Assembly: GCF_001194135.2 (NCBI RefSeq)
Contig: NC_069006.1
Coordinates: 21,784,640 to 21,848,639 of the forward strand
Length of the DNA: 64,000 nucleotides
From: Octopus bimaculoides
Lineage: Eukaryota
Reading direction: 5' to 3'
The notes under the pieces were generated by a model that had not been told where the DNA came from, made no database searches, and saw only the letters and a list, made by a program, of their open reading frames with translations. Each line of letters opens with the position of its first letter. Position 1 is the stretch's first letter. Positions 39,280 through 51,800 of this stretch are shown here, in pieces. The position numbers were made by a program, and so were the translations under genes.

Positions 39280-39511
39280 GGTTGATGCCAGTACTGCTTG
39301 ACTGGCCCTCGTGCCGGTGGCACGTAAAAAGCACCCAGTACACTCTCGGAGTGGTTGGCATTAGGAAGGGCATCCAGCTGTAGAAACTTTGCCAGATCAG
39401 ATTGGAGCCTGGTACAGCCTTCTGGCTTTCCAGCCCTCAGTCAAATCGTCCAACCCATGCCAGCATGGAAAGCGAATGTTAAACGATGACAATGATGTTG
39501 ATGATGATGAT
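39280..39511 (+). mobile_element. SINE family A in RAD51C intron 6
   Basis: ggcacgtaaaaagcaccc...ggaagggcatccagctg...(gat)n. Confidence 0.8.
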
Positions 39512-39573
39512 GAATATATATGTATAGTGTATTTTTTGTATTTAACGAAGGTAATCATTATTTGTCTTTACAG

Positions 39574-39684
39574 ATGGGTGGTATTCGTGATGTGGTCAAC
39601 CATGACCCAACAGGAAAGGAACCGGAACATGGTGTGATTGCCGCAGCTGAAGAACCAGCCACAAAACGTCAGAAAACAGTTTGA
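39574..39684 (+). CDS. RAD51C: RAD51C terminal coding exon (MGGIRDVVNHDPTGKEPEHGVIAAAEEPATKRQKTV*)
   Basis: Acceptor tgtctttacag|; the G.RD motif follows FQI as in RAD51C; basic C-terminal KRQK (NLS-like); TGA at 39682-39684. The spliced total is 1119 nt (372 aa plus stop). Confidence 0.9.
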   Translation: MGGIRDVVNHDPTGKEPEHGVIAAAEEPATKRQKTV

Positions 39685-39741
39685 CAAATGATGGAGACTC
39701 TTTTATGAAATTGTGAACATAAATAATTACTTTTGAGATCT

Positions 39742-39828
39742 AATAAATTGTATATATACACACTGACATGTATTATAAATTTTATTTTATTTAAATGTAT
39801 AACAAAATAGAAATTATGGGATAATAAA
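39742..39828 (+). terminator. Candidate RAD51C polyadenylation signals (AATAAA at 39742-39747 and 39823-39828)
   Basis: Two canonical hexamers 58 and 139 nt after the stop codon in AT-rich 3' UTR-like sequence. Confidence 0.55.
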
Positions 39829-40774
39829 GTGAGACTGAACTCTAAATAGGGCTTTTTCTCTTGTCTGCCTCAAATTCAATCTTACAGTTTTTATCTTTTT
39901 TACTTGTTTCAATCATGGGACTGTGGCCATGTGGGGGCATTATTTTGAAGGGCTTAGGCAAGCAAATCGAAACCAATATTTTTAAGTGCAGTATTTGGTA
40001 CTTGTTCCCATGGTCTCTTTTGCCAAACTATTAAGTTATAGGGATGTAAAGAAACCAACACCAGTTGTCAGTGTTGGGGGACAAATGAAAATGCAAAAAC
40101 AAACACATAGATATATATATATATATATATGTGGCCAGATGTGGGTGGGACACAATGCTTTTAGATTCCTTGTCTTGCAAGTTACTTGGTGACCCTGCTG
40201 GTGCTGTGTAAGAAGTGTTGAGTCCACATTGTGAAGTGGTTGGCATTTGGAAGGGCATCCAGCTATAAAAAACCATGCCAAAACTGACCTCGCCTGTGCT
40301 AGTGCCACGTAAAAAGCCCTCAGTCCACTCTGCAGGGTGGTTGGTGTTAGAAAGGGCATCCAGCTGTAAAAACTATACCAAAACAAACTCAAAAGCTTGG
40401 TGTAGTCTTCTATCGGGTTGGCTCCTGTCAAACCGTCCAACCCATGCCAGCATGGAAGTTGGATGTTAAATGATGATGATGATGGTATATATATATAGAA
40501 AGCGGATGTACACGAAGTATGATCATTGCTAGAAATAGCAGCTGGTAAGCTATTGGTGCTATGTAGAGCTTCACTGAATATTAACATTCTTGTACGTCCG
40601 TTTTGTATATTTATAATTCTACCTTTTTTGTGGTGCTTTATTCTTGTCGGTTAGTAATATTATTTTTAATAAAATTTATATTTCTTCTATATATAAATAT
40701 ATAGACACACACACACACATATATATATATATATCAAAAGGATGTGTACACACACACATACATATATGTATGTA

Positions 40775-40991
40775 AGAGGGGGTGCTGAAAGTTCCTGTCT
40801 TTAAGGATATTGCAAAAGGAACTGGTTGGAAGTCCAACCTTCCAAGTTCTTTTACAGGGCTTAAAAAAACTGAAGGACCACTGCAATAAGTGTGGGAATC
40901 CGAGAAGGGGATATGTTGAATAAAATCATAACTAAGTGATCCTCCTGTATTTTCTTTTACCGAAAGCCAGGGACTTTTCAGCACCCCCTTG
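40775..40991. mobile_element. Mariner-derived MITE (217 bp), TA TSD
   Basis: TIRs GAGGGGGTGCTGAAAGTTCCT and GGGACTTTTCAGCACCCCCTTG flanked by TA; internal remnant of the transposase C-terminus (..KC....GYVE*). Confidence 0.85.
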
Positions 40992-41653
40992 TATGTGTAT
41001 ATGTATATGATGGGCGTCTTTCAGTTTCTATTTACCAAATCCACTCACAAGGCTTTGATCGACCCAGGGTCAAAGTATAAGACATTTGCTTATGGTGCTG
41101 GACCTTAGACCACGTGATTGGGAAGCAAATTTCTGACCAGACATGTTCAGTTCTTACTAAAATTAGATTTGTCCTTTTATTTGTCTGTTGTGGTTAAGTT
41201 AAGCAAACCAATGTTTGTGTATATACGTGTGCGCACGGCACTTGTATGCTGTTGACTATAGATCAAGCATAGGCAACTGTTTCCCAAGGTAGCTTTTCTT
41301 TAGGCGCACCAGTCAAAAGGTCCTGCACACCACAAGTCGCATATAACTGTGAAAAGGAAGTTACATAAACAAGGGACGTAACTCGTTTTTGGATAATACT
41401 TTCATTAACTTTGCAAGAGTAGCGTCCCTTGTTTTTAAAGTCACGTCTGCCCAGTTCCAACCAAACTTTGCCATTACAGGTATCGGATTACAAACTCTGA
41501 CAGAATTCGACGAGCAAGGTATGTAATTTGCACAGTTTTCGCATAATATGTTACTTTATGTCTGCATTTAAAATTTTCAGTGAAAAAATATCTGTTAAAT
41601 TAATCTAACTATTTAATTATAAATGTTTTTGCATCTATCATATTACTAACACG

Positions 41654-41696
<43 letters not shown>

Positions 41697-41987
41697 TTAA
41701 TATCGAACTGTCACGGGCAGTAAAATAGAAAAGTCTCGAAAAACATTCGTTATTTGTCTGATAACAATCTTTAAATGGATATTACTATATTTTTCTTCCA
41801 TTTGCCAAGTGTTTTTCACAATTAAATATTCTGATAAACTTTGTTAAGAGATTTAAGAATTTTATCAAAGACTTAATGGCGGGGGTAAAAAAATACGGAC
41901 ACCATTCGCTTTCGACCGAACCCTAACCATAAACACCGGGTGTGTGTATTCTATCCTAGTTTATGTTATGTTTGACTTACTCAATTA

Positions 41988-42230
41988 AGGGTAATCTTCA
42001 AGTTTAGGGGGATAAAAAAAAAAATATTCAAGGGAAATAACTGAACGACTTACCAGTATTATCCGTTTTCTTCTAGCTGTTTATAAATAAATCACACCCT
42101 AACCCTAACCCCAATCAAATCACGTGTGTGATTTATTTATAAACAGAGATGTACGGAGAATACTGTTAAGACGTTCAGTTACTTCCCTTGAATTTTTTTT
42201 TTTTATCCCCCTAAACTTGAAGATTACCCT
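41988..42230. mobile_element. 243-bp hairpin MITE with ~105-bp inverted arms and a telomere-like loop
   Basis: AGGGTAATCTTCAAGTTTAGGGGGATAAAA is matched exactly at the other end; flanking direct repeat CAATTA (or AATT with an A/G-AGGG terminus); loop contains ccctaaccctaacccc. Confidence 0.85.
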
Positions 42231-42395
42231 CAATTAAGTATCTACGAATTGTTGCAGTGTTTGGGGGTTCATATAGTTCTTTATTGATTTATTACACTAT
42301 TAACTACTCCTTGTCATTACTTTTACAGACATTTTGTTACCGTGTCTGTTCGTTGCTTGTATTACCGTATTCAATAGCTTATAAGACGAACTCAC

Positions 42396-42449
42396 CCTAA
42401 AAAAAACAAAAAAAAAAGACGAAAAACTGTCTGAAAAAGTCACTTCCGG
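42396..42449 (-). promoter_or_regulatory. Candidate promoter / non-coding first exon: ETS (GABP-type) site CCGGAAGTG followed by donor AGG|GTGAGT
   Basis: CACTTCCGG at 42441-42449 and a near-consensus minus-strand donor at 42396/42395 in unique sequence. Motif-level evidence only. Confidence 0.35.
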
Positions 42450-43852
42450 TCCTACATGCGAAATTGTACCTCTATTACATGGCTCTAGTGTACTAAAAGC
42501 TCTTTCTTTTCCCCCCGAATATACGTTGACGAAGTCCTTGTGGTTTGTCTTATATAGGTGTGCATCTTTTATGCCATCAAATACGGTGTATATATCGATC
42601 TAACTATCTATTCCTCTCTCATATTTGATGGCGTAAGACATCCTCCCCAATCTGAATGTCTGAAAAGAAAGGAAATAGCCCCCGGTCCCCTATACGAAGC
42701 TGGTGAAATTGGGGTCTGTCTTTGTACTATTCAAGTGTTTAAACCTCCCTATTCTTGTGTAAAACCGAAAGGAATGATGTTCCGTAACTCCTCGTTTTAT
42801 TTTTAATTGGTATTATATTTAATGGCATACAAGACCCATTTTGTCTCCAAAAAATCACCTCAGGTCCTGTATGCAAAATCGGGCGCCCCCATATGCTAAT
42901 TTTTGCCTCTGGTGCTCACTACTATGGGTTAATTGTGATCCAGACAGTCTCTCCTACCTAGCCTCATTCCATAATATTATTTACTTCAACATTATTATTA
43001 CTACTTGTAAAGGTAGCAAGCTGTCAGAATCATTATCGCACAAACATTCATATTCCACCATAATTACCAGTCAAGCACTGGGGTTGATATGAGTGACTAA
43101 CCACCTCCCCTAAAATCTCAGGCCTTGTGTCCATAGTAGAAAGGATTGTTATTACATGTAAAAGGAACGTTCATGGCTCAGTGGTTACAGCATTGGGCTC
43201 ACGATCATGTGGTTGTGAATTTGATTCCTGGACTGGTTTGTGTGTTTTGTTCTTGAGGAATTTATCTTGCCCTGTTTCTAGTAATAGGTTTTCATATCCA
43301 TCCTGTAACATATTACCTGATACAGCAATATTGCATAGATATTTATTTTAGTATTATTGTTCCCATCTAGCTTAATAATTTTCTTGGTTAAAGCAAGAAG
43401 GGATTTTGTTTTATTTCGTATACACACAACAGATTAAGCTGTTGGAACAGGAAAATTCCTAACATCAAGCTACAACAAGTAACCTAAGCATCTCAGCTGC
43501 CCTTAATTACATTATTTTCTGGAGCTGCACTATTATCATTACTATTAAAGATTTGGTAGTTTAATGCAAATTTCAACTGCATCACCTGCTACACCGTTGT
43601 GTTGCTGGGGTGTGTGTAGCATTGTGTGTTTTTTGTTTGGGGAGCGCAACCTCTTCCTAGTAATATGTTGCATCCGTTGTGGGATTTGGTTGAAGTGTTT
43701 TGTTGAATTAGTGCGTTGCGTGTGTAATGCTAATTGTGTTCTGTTGGGTATCCATCCTGCCTGTAGAGCACATGTTTTGGGGGGTTATTTATTTGATTAG
43801 ATATTTACTGTATAGACACAGTGTCTTGTGTTTTTAGATTGTTTTATTTGTA

Positions 43853-44105
43853 TGAGGCGGTATCAAAAAGTTCTTCTGTAGCGCGCCAACAGATGGCAGC
43901 ACACGGTTGCGTGTGCAGTGAGAACTAGCAGGGACCTTCATGAGGCAGTGTGTCGAGTGTGACATCTCTGCATTTACTTCACAAGTTGTGAAATTTGTGT
44001 TTTTGTGATCATGCGTATGCTGTAGTGTAGTGTGCAATTTTTGTCATGGACAGGAACTTCGAACAAAGAGCCAACGTGAAATTTTGCATGAAAACAGGTG
44101 AGAGT
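43853..44105 (+). mobile_element. Mariner transposon 5' end relic
   Basis: TA followed by TIR-like TGAGGCGGTATCAAAAAGTT; ATG at 44046 reads MDRNFEQRANVKFCMKTGES, typical of a mariner transposase N-terminus (EQR..IKFC). Confidence 0.75.
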
Positions 44106-44889
44106 TGGTGAGAGGAAAGGCAGCCGACCGTAAGAATTCTACCCCGTTTAAATTCGTCTGGCCCATGGATGGAAAGTGAACGATACACGATGATGACGCT
44201 ATATTTACTTGTATATATAAGCTGCATCGTTAATTTAGTACAAAATCTTGGTAGTTCTCGTCATAGTTTTACCTCTGCTCCGAAGCCACACCCCACTTTT
44301 GTTTTAATAAAATTCAAAACATAAAACAATACGATGTTTACACAAGTAAATACGGCCCTTATAATAAGGATCTTCGCTATTTATTCTATTAGGAAAAGTC
44401 AAAAATTTAGTGTAAGAAAGATAACTCTTGATTACAGGAATTAAGTCCCTTAGATTCATTGCGCTCGGATGCTTTTGAATCTCGGTGTTTAGATTAAAAT
44501 TAAACTAGAATAATAATTAAAAACGTATGTGGAATTGGTAGCTGTATTTGAGCTCGTGTTTGGGTTTACCGATGCTGACCACCACGACACCATCATCACC
44601 ATATATTCGTTATATTTCTGTCTGAAACTTCAGTATTTGATCAACATCTCACGTGCTGGCTCCACGTAAAAAGCACCATGCTTGTGTCTTGTAAAAAATC
44701 TATGCCAAAACAGACAATTGGAGTCTGGTGCAGCTCTCTGGCTTGCCAGCTCCTGTCAAACCATCCAACCCATACCAGCATGGGAAACACGTTAAATGAT
44801 GATGGTGGCGATGATATATGATAATAATATGATGCATTTATTGAGGCAATGTGACTTGCAGAAAATGCCAATTCTATTTCTGGGTAAAT

Positions 44890-45850
44890 ATTTAACACCA
44901 TTACTGGAATAACCATGCAAACCTGGATTAGGCATAGACCAAGTGCTCACAGCCCTCCACCAGGTGGGCAATGCAGTCGGTGGTAATTCCACTCTAGCAT
45001 TCTATAGAGGGCTAGTGGAGAGAAAGTGTAATGACATTCTAAGGGAAACTCTGGGCGTTGATGAACACCATCTAACCGGTCTAAATCAAAGAACTTTCAG
45101 GCCTGGGTCTATGGATAACTTCCAGAAATCCCTTGCCTGGTAGTGCTACTGAGGGATGCTGCCTGTTCAAATTAAACTTTACAGGCACGGAAGTGCTGTC
45201 AGCCAGGCCTGCCTGAGGTGTGCCCAGAGCGATGAAACCATTCTGCAGACCTTAGTCCAGTGCCTGAGTATTGCTGACCTGTGGTTATATGTCAAATACC
45301 TGCTGTCATGTGTAGCACGGATCCAGCTATGAATCCATTGTGACGATTGCCCCACCACCCTCTTTTGGCTGGGAGGGGCAAGCTATTCTTATTTGTCTAG
45401 TGGCTGTAGCGAAAGAGGTAGCATGGTGGACTCATTTGAAAGGGCTAAAGACAGACACTTTCCTCTTTGGCCAAGCCTTCGTCAACCTTTTCAAGTTTCA
45501 CTTGAAAAGGAAGTGGAGGGTGGAGAGGGAAGTGTTGCCATTTAGCAAGTTTGTTGAAAGGTGGGTGAATGCTGGAAGAATGACCAGTGTGAAAGGACCA
45601 ATTCTGAGCATACACCTGTGAGAAATAAAAGAAGGGCTCTTGCCCTGTTGATCAGGCACCTGTGGCTTTTGTAGGTTTTTCCATGAGGACCTTAAAGCGT
45701 CTCCCCTATTGGGAGCTTTAATTTGTTATTGTCATATATATTGTTTACATGCTGTAAAACCCATTGTATCGTCCTGTTTTTGTCTTTTATGTTGTTGCGT
45801 GTCATTTAATGTTGTTTTATGTGAGCCCTGGTGGCAAATATAAGAAACCA
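44890..45850 (+). mobile_element. 5'-truncated, disrupted Tx1/L1-clade LINE (ORF2 C-terminus and 3' UTR)
   Basis: Reads ...FQKSLAW*CY*GMLPVQIKLYRHG...CLRCAQSDETILQTLVQC, the zf-RVT-type motif that follows L1/Tx1 reverse transcriptases; contains stops and a frameshift; T-rich 3' UTR ending ...gtggcaaatataagaaa. Confidence 0.8.
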
Positions 45851-45894
45851 TTATTATTTTTATTATTATTGCTTTGATAATTTCATGTGAGTTT

Positions 45895-46290
45895 CTCCTG
45901 CATCACCCAGCGCATCTCTGTGTTGCTGAGATGTGTATAACATTGTATGTTTGTGTTTTTGTGGAAGTTAGATGAACATAGACTCCTCTTGTTAGTGCAC
46001 TGTATCACTCTGTTTTGCTATGGTGATTTAACCTGTTTTGTTTCTTGTGTTATATCTGTGTTTGCTCTGCTGCATGATTTGTGTAATGTAAGTCGTTATA
46101 TTATTGGGTTTTAAACTTGATGTGTGAAATGTGTTGTTTTATTTTATTAGGCACTCGTTATATATTGAGCAGGTGTCAGGGAAGAAGATTTTCCTAGTTG
46201 GGTTGTATTATTGAATCAATAATGTCCTTCACAGGATGTGGGCTGTTCTTAACAAATCGATTTCTGGACGGTGTGCAATGTTGTAAACCC
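45895..46290 (-). mobile_element. CR1/L2-like LINE 3' fragment (related copy at ~43570-43790)
   Basis: The minus strand gives a disrupted frame containing HRYNTRNK; the two loci share ...KHTML(Y/H)T.QQH...GDA. Confidence 0.4.
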
Positions 46291-47936
46291 TGGTGTGGCT
46301 TCTATGTTTTTATCTTTTATTCATTTTAGTTATTGAACTGCAGCCATGCTGGAGTACCACCTCGAAGGGTTGTAGTCGAAAGAATCAACCCCAGTACATA
46401 TGTTTTAAGCCTAGTATTTCTTCTTTTGCCAAACTGCTAAGTTACAGGACTGGAAGCAAATCAACACTAGTTGTCAAGCATTGGTGGAAGACAAACACAC
46501 ACACAATGGCCTTTTTTTATGTTTCTGTCCACCAAATTCATTCTTAAAGCTTTGGTTAGCCTGGAGCTATAGCAGAAGCCTCTTACTTAAGGGGCCATGC
46601 AGTGTAATTGAACTCAGTACCATGTTGCTGGGAGGCTAACTTCTTACTGCACAGCCTTCCCTGTTCATATATTTTTCTTCTATTATATGTCACACTTTAG
46701 TTATTATTGGTACTGTTTCCACCAAGATCCTTACATTTTGACACTCCCCCCCCCCACCAATTCTTTTTGGTCAGGAGGGATTGCAATGTCTATCAGTGTA
46801 TGTTTTTTTCGTTCCAACCCTTGATTGTTATGTCTGGACAATTTGCAATATTTCTTTCTCAGTTTGAAGGCAGTGAGCCGGCAGAAACATTGAGCACATT
46901 AAGGTGGTGAGCTGGCAGAAACATTAGCATGCCGGGCGAAATGCTTAGCCGTAGTTCGTCTTCCGTTACGTTCTGAGTTCAAATTCCGCCGAGGTGTGTG
47001 TGTGTGTGTGTGCTACCTGTGTGTATTTGAATGTGGCTGAGTGCATGTGCGTATGCCTGGTTTTTGTTATCATTTAGTGATGAGGAAAAACTGTGCCCAT
47101 GTCCGTTTTCAGTGCATCTGAGATTGACAATAGGAAGCTATCTTCAGTCTGTAGACTTAGCCTAAATGCCTTTTGAACAGAGTGGCCTCTGTTAGAAAGA
47201 TCCACCAAAAGGTATCTGGTTTGATACCAATCCACTCTTTTAGTTAGTTTCTGTGCTTATTAACTCTGGAAGGGAACGGTAAAGTTGTTCTTGACAAGGA
47301 TTTGAACTTGGAGGATGGAATGATCCAGTAAAGACATCTAAAGATATAGACAGAAAACATGCCAAATGTATCTGGTTTTCATTTTGATCAATTCGTTTAT
47401 TATCATCATCATTAGCATCAGCATCATCATCATCTTTTTTTTTTTCCATTTTACATACATTGTTTTTCTTTTTTTTGTAGAATTTTCTTTTCTTTTCTTT
47501 TTTTTTTTTTGTAATCACCTTACAAATCTACAATTGCACACTTCTAAACACTAAATTTTTATTCTTTCAGCAATGCTCACGCTTCCAATGGCACAACATT
47601 AAACTAAACACATCACACATCTCTCACTCTCTCTCTCTCATTCTTGTCATCTTTCTATTATTTTTCTTCTCTCTCATACACACAAAAGAATACTCCCTCC
47701 CTCTCTCTCTCTCTCACACACACACATACACATGCATATGCACACACATACACGTACATACACTCAAACATTCTTTTCCATTTTTTCTCTCTTTTCTTTT
47801 TTATCTATCTCTCTGCCTCTTTGATAACCCTCCACCCCACCCCACACAAATGTCCCCAAAGTTTTACAATGAGATCTTTAAAAGACCAAATGTCCTGAGT
47901 TAAGAAGTAATATTGATAATAATATTAATAATAACA

Positions 47937-47969
<33 letters not shown>

Positions 47970-48338
47970 GTATACAAATAAACAGCAACTTCGCAGTTTG
48001 TGAGAAAAAAGAAGAGTTGTAAAATATAAAAATGTATACATCATTTCACCATTTTAATAATAATAATGATATTAATAATAATAATAATAATGATAACTGA
48101 AAGAATAACAATTAAAAAAAAGCAACTTGTACATTCTTCTCCCTCACAGTTATAAACAGTTTGACTTCCATTTTTATTTCGTGTGTGTGTGTGTATATAT
48201 ATACAAACTTACGTTAGTATGTATATATATGCATATGTATGTGTGTATGCATATTATATATATATAAAGAGAAAGAAAGAAGCGGATGGATGGATGGATA
48301 GGTAGATATATACGTGTTTATTTGTTCGTGTACAATAC

Positions 48339-48373
<35 letters not shown>

Positions 48374-48605
48374 TGTGTGTGTACGTGTGTGCGTACATAT
48401 ATACATAACGTCCAATTATTTGTAGCTTCGTACATCCACGTACGCAAACATAAACATACACGCATGTGCATACATATACACACACATACGCTTACATACT
48501 TACATATATACATAAACATATATAAACACACACACTCACACACACACAGACATGTATATACACACATATAGATGAATACACAGACACAGACACAGACACA
48601 CACAC

Positions 48606-48654
<49 letters not shown>

Positions 48655-48947
48655 AATTCATAGATACCTATATAGTACTACTATATGCGTAAATAACGAT
48701 TCTGGATAAGTGGAACGGTTTTAGGCGCAGAAAGAATCAAAATAACTGATATTCTACGAATTTCATTCGTAAGTAGAACAATATNNNNNNNNNNGTGTCA
48801 TGCTGAATCTCCCTGAGAACTACATTAAGGGTAGGGTACACGTGTTCGTGGAGTGTTCAGCCACTTGCATGTTAATTTCACAAGCAAGCTGTTCTGTTGA
48901 TCGTATCAGCTGGGACCCTCATTGTCGTAACCAACAGAGTGCTCCTT

Positions 48948-48995
<48 letters not shown>

Positions 48996-50426
48996 TACAG
49001 TTGGACAGTTGTGATCAAGTATTTGAGTACTATTTTCTCTACGTTGTGTGTATGTATATACATCATCATCATCGTTTAACGTCCGCCTTCCATGCTAGCA
49101 TGGGTTGGACGATTTGACTGAGGACTGGTGAAACCGGATGGCAACACCAGGATATGTGTGTGTGTGTGTGTAACCTGTGTAGTAGATATATAGACAAGGC
49201 AAATTTAGCTATTCGCCATAGATTTAAAAAAAAAAAAATTATGATTAGTGTTAATTGATTTTTTTTACTTTATTGAGTTCACATCAGAGATGTTTACATC
49301 ACTTTGACAAATCCCAGAGAGACAAGCAGCGAATCTGTTTATTTACTCAACAGTTATAGAGTGGCTTCCAAGAACTGGGGTGACTAATTTGCATATTAAA
49401 AGTGCTTAGCATTTAATGTCAGTGGCCTGTCAATACGAGATCTCTGTCTACACTGTATCAAGGTATGATATGATGTCTGTAACCGATGTAGTGAATATAC
49501 ATCATAATCATCACTTAATGTCCTTTTATCCAGGCTGGCATGGGTTGGATGGCTTGACAAGAACAGAGGAGCCAGAGGTCTTGGCCAGGCTCTATGTCTG
49601 CTTTGGCATGGTTTCTACAGTTGGATAAGACACTTCAAGCTAAGTAAAATCGCTGTCTTCCACACATACAGGCTTGTCCTTTCAGGTGCCGGTGTAAGTG
49701 CACCTGTAACGGTTGCACATAAAAAGCACCCAGCATACTCTGTTAAGTGGTTGGCATTAGGAAGGGCATCCAACCTTAGAAACAATGCCACAACAGATTA
49801 ATCAGACTTAGCAGTTTGGCAAGAGTGACCAATAGCATAAGTACAAGGCTTTAAAAAACTAAGTACTGGGGTCGATTGGCTCAGCTAAAATTCTTCAAGG
49901 CGCTGCCCCAGCATGGCTGCAGTGTAATGGCTGAAACAAGTAAAAGACTCTTATTCAGACATGTCTCTATCCATGGTATATACTTAGCTCCCATTTTATG
50001 TTAATAACTGTTACTAGTTTTACTATGTATAATATAATTACTGCTACAGGTAAGATTTAGTTTGTTAATTATGTTACCTTACCATCTTCTAAAGCCTTTA
50101 ATATGCCCAGCACCCCCTCTGGTTAAAAATCTCTCCTCTACAACATATATTGAGCACTCCTCTCTCATTTGTTTGACACAAAGCAAGATGTATTATATGT
50201 ATGTATATCTATATCTGCATGCGTGTATGTGTGTATATCTATATCTGCATGTGTGTATGTGTGTATGTGTGTGCGTTTATATGTACATAAATATAGTTTA
50301 TTTTACATTTTTTTGCTAATTCCAAACTTAGTGATAAGTAAAATTGATGGGTTGACAAATGTCAGCCAAATAATACTGTGAGGAATAAGATGAAGGAAAT
50401 GATCTTGTTTACCACCTCACGATTTC

Positions 50427-50483
<57 letters not shown>

Positions 50484-51752
50484 CGCGTGTGTATATGTCT
50501 GTGGGTATATATATATATATATTGTGTGTGCATGTATGTATATATGTATGTGGGTATATATATATATATATATGTGTGTGCATGTGTGTGTGTTTATATA
50601 TAATATATATATATATGTATATATGTGCGCCTGTATATATATATATGTGTGTGTGTGTGTCTATAGATAAATATATACACGCACACACATTCATGTATAT
50701 CATTGATAATGAGAATAATGTCATCCACCCATACATCTATACTATATATATATATATATATATATNNNNNNNNNNNNNNNNNNNNNNNNNNNNNNNNNNN
50801 NNNNNNNNNNNNNNNNNNNNNNNNNNNNNNNNNNNNNNNNNNNNNNNNNNNNNNNNNNNNNNNNNNNNNNNNNNNNNNNNNNNNNNNNNNNNNNNNNNNN
50901 NNNNNNNNNNNNNNNNNNNNNNNNNNNNNNNNNNNNNNNNNNNNNNNNNNNNNNNNNNNNNNNNNNNNNNNNNNNNNNNNNNNNNNNNNNNNNNNNNNNN
51001 NNNNNNNNNNNNNNNNNNNNNNNNNNNNNNNNNNNNNNNNNNNNNNNNNNNNNNNNNNNNNNNNNNNNNNNNNNNNNNNNNNNNNNNNNNNNNNNNNNNN
51101 NNNNNNNNNNNNNNNNNNNNNNNNNNNNNNNNNNNNNNNNNNNNNNNNNNNNNNNNNNNNNNNNNNNNNNNNNNNNNNNNNNNNNNNNNNNNNNNNNNNN
51201 NNNNNNNNNNNNNNNNNNNNNNNNNNNNNNNNNNNNNNNNNNNNNNNNNNNNNNNNNNNNNNTTTTATTATCATCATCATTATTATCATCATCATTATTA
51301 TTAGTAATAGTAGTATTAGCAGGAATGATAGTATTAGAAGTTTTCTCAAATTGATAATATATATATATATATATATATATATAAGAAATGTCTTATTAAA
51401 GTGTCTGGGTGTAAATGTGTTTGTTTGTGAGAGTGTCTGGCTGGGCTGGTAGATAGATGGCAAGACACAAAGACAGGCATACGTTGCTAATAAGATACAA
51501 CTGATTTTTATTGTAGAAAGCGACAAAAAAAAAAAAATGCCATTCAATTAATTTTCACACAATATAGTTATATAGTATGAACATACATACATACATACAT
51601 AAGTGTGTGTGTGCCTGCAGGCATGACTGTATGGTTAAAAAGGTTTCTTCCCAGTCATGTGCTGCACCCTTTTAGGGATCTTCTAATCTAGTGCCAGGCT
51701 AAGTCCTTGCTAGTGGATTTGTTAATGGAAACTGAAAGAAGCTTGTCATGTA

Positions 51753-51800
<48 letters not shown>

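Noticed and set aside
41263-41460. 65-aa minus-strand ORF (MELGRRDFKNKG...)
   Set aside because: No recognisable homology, starts at a non-ATG codon, and overlaps a hairpin that looks repeat-derived.
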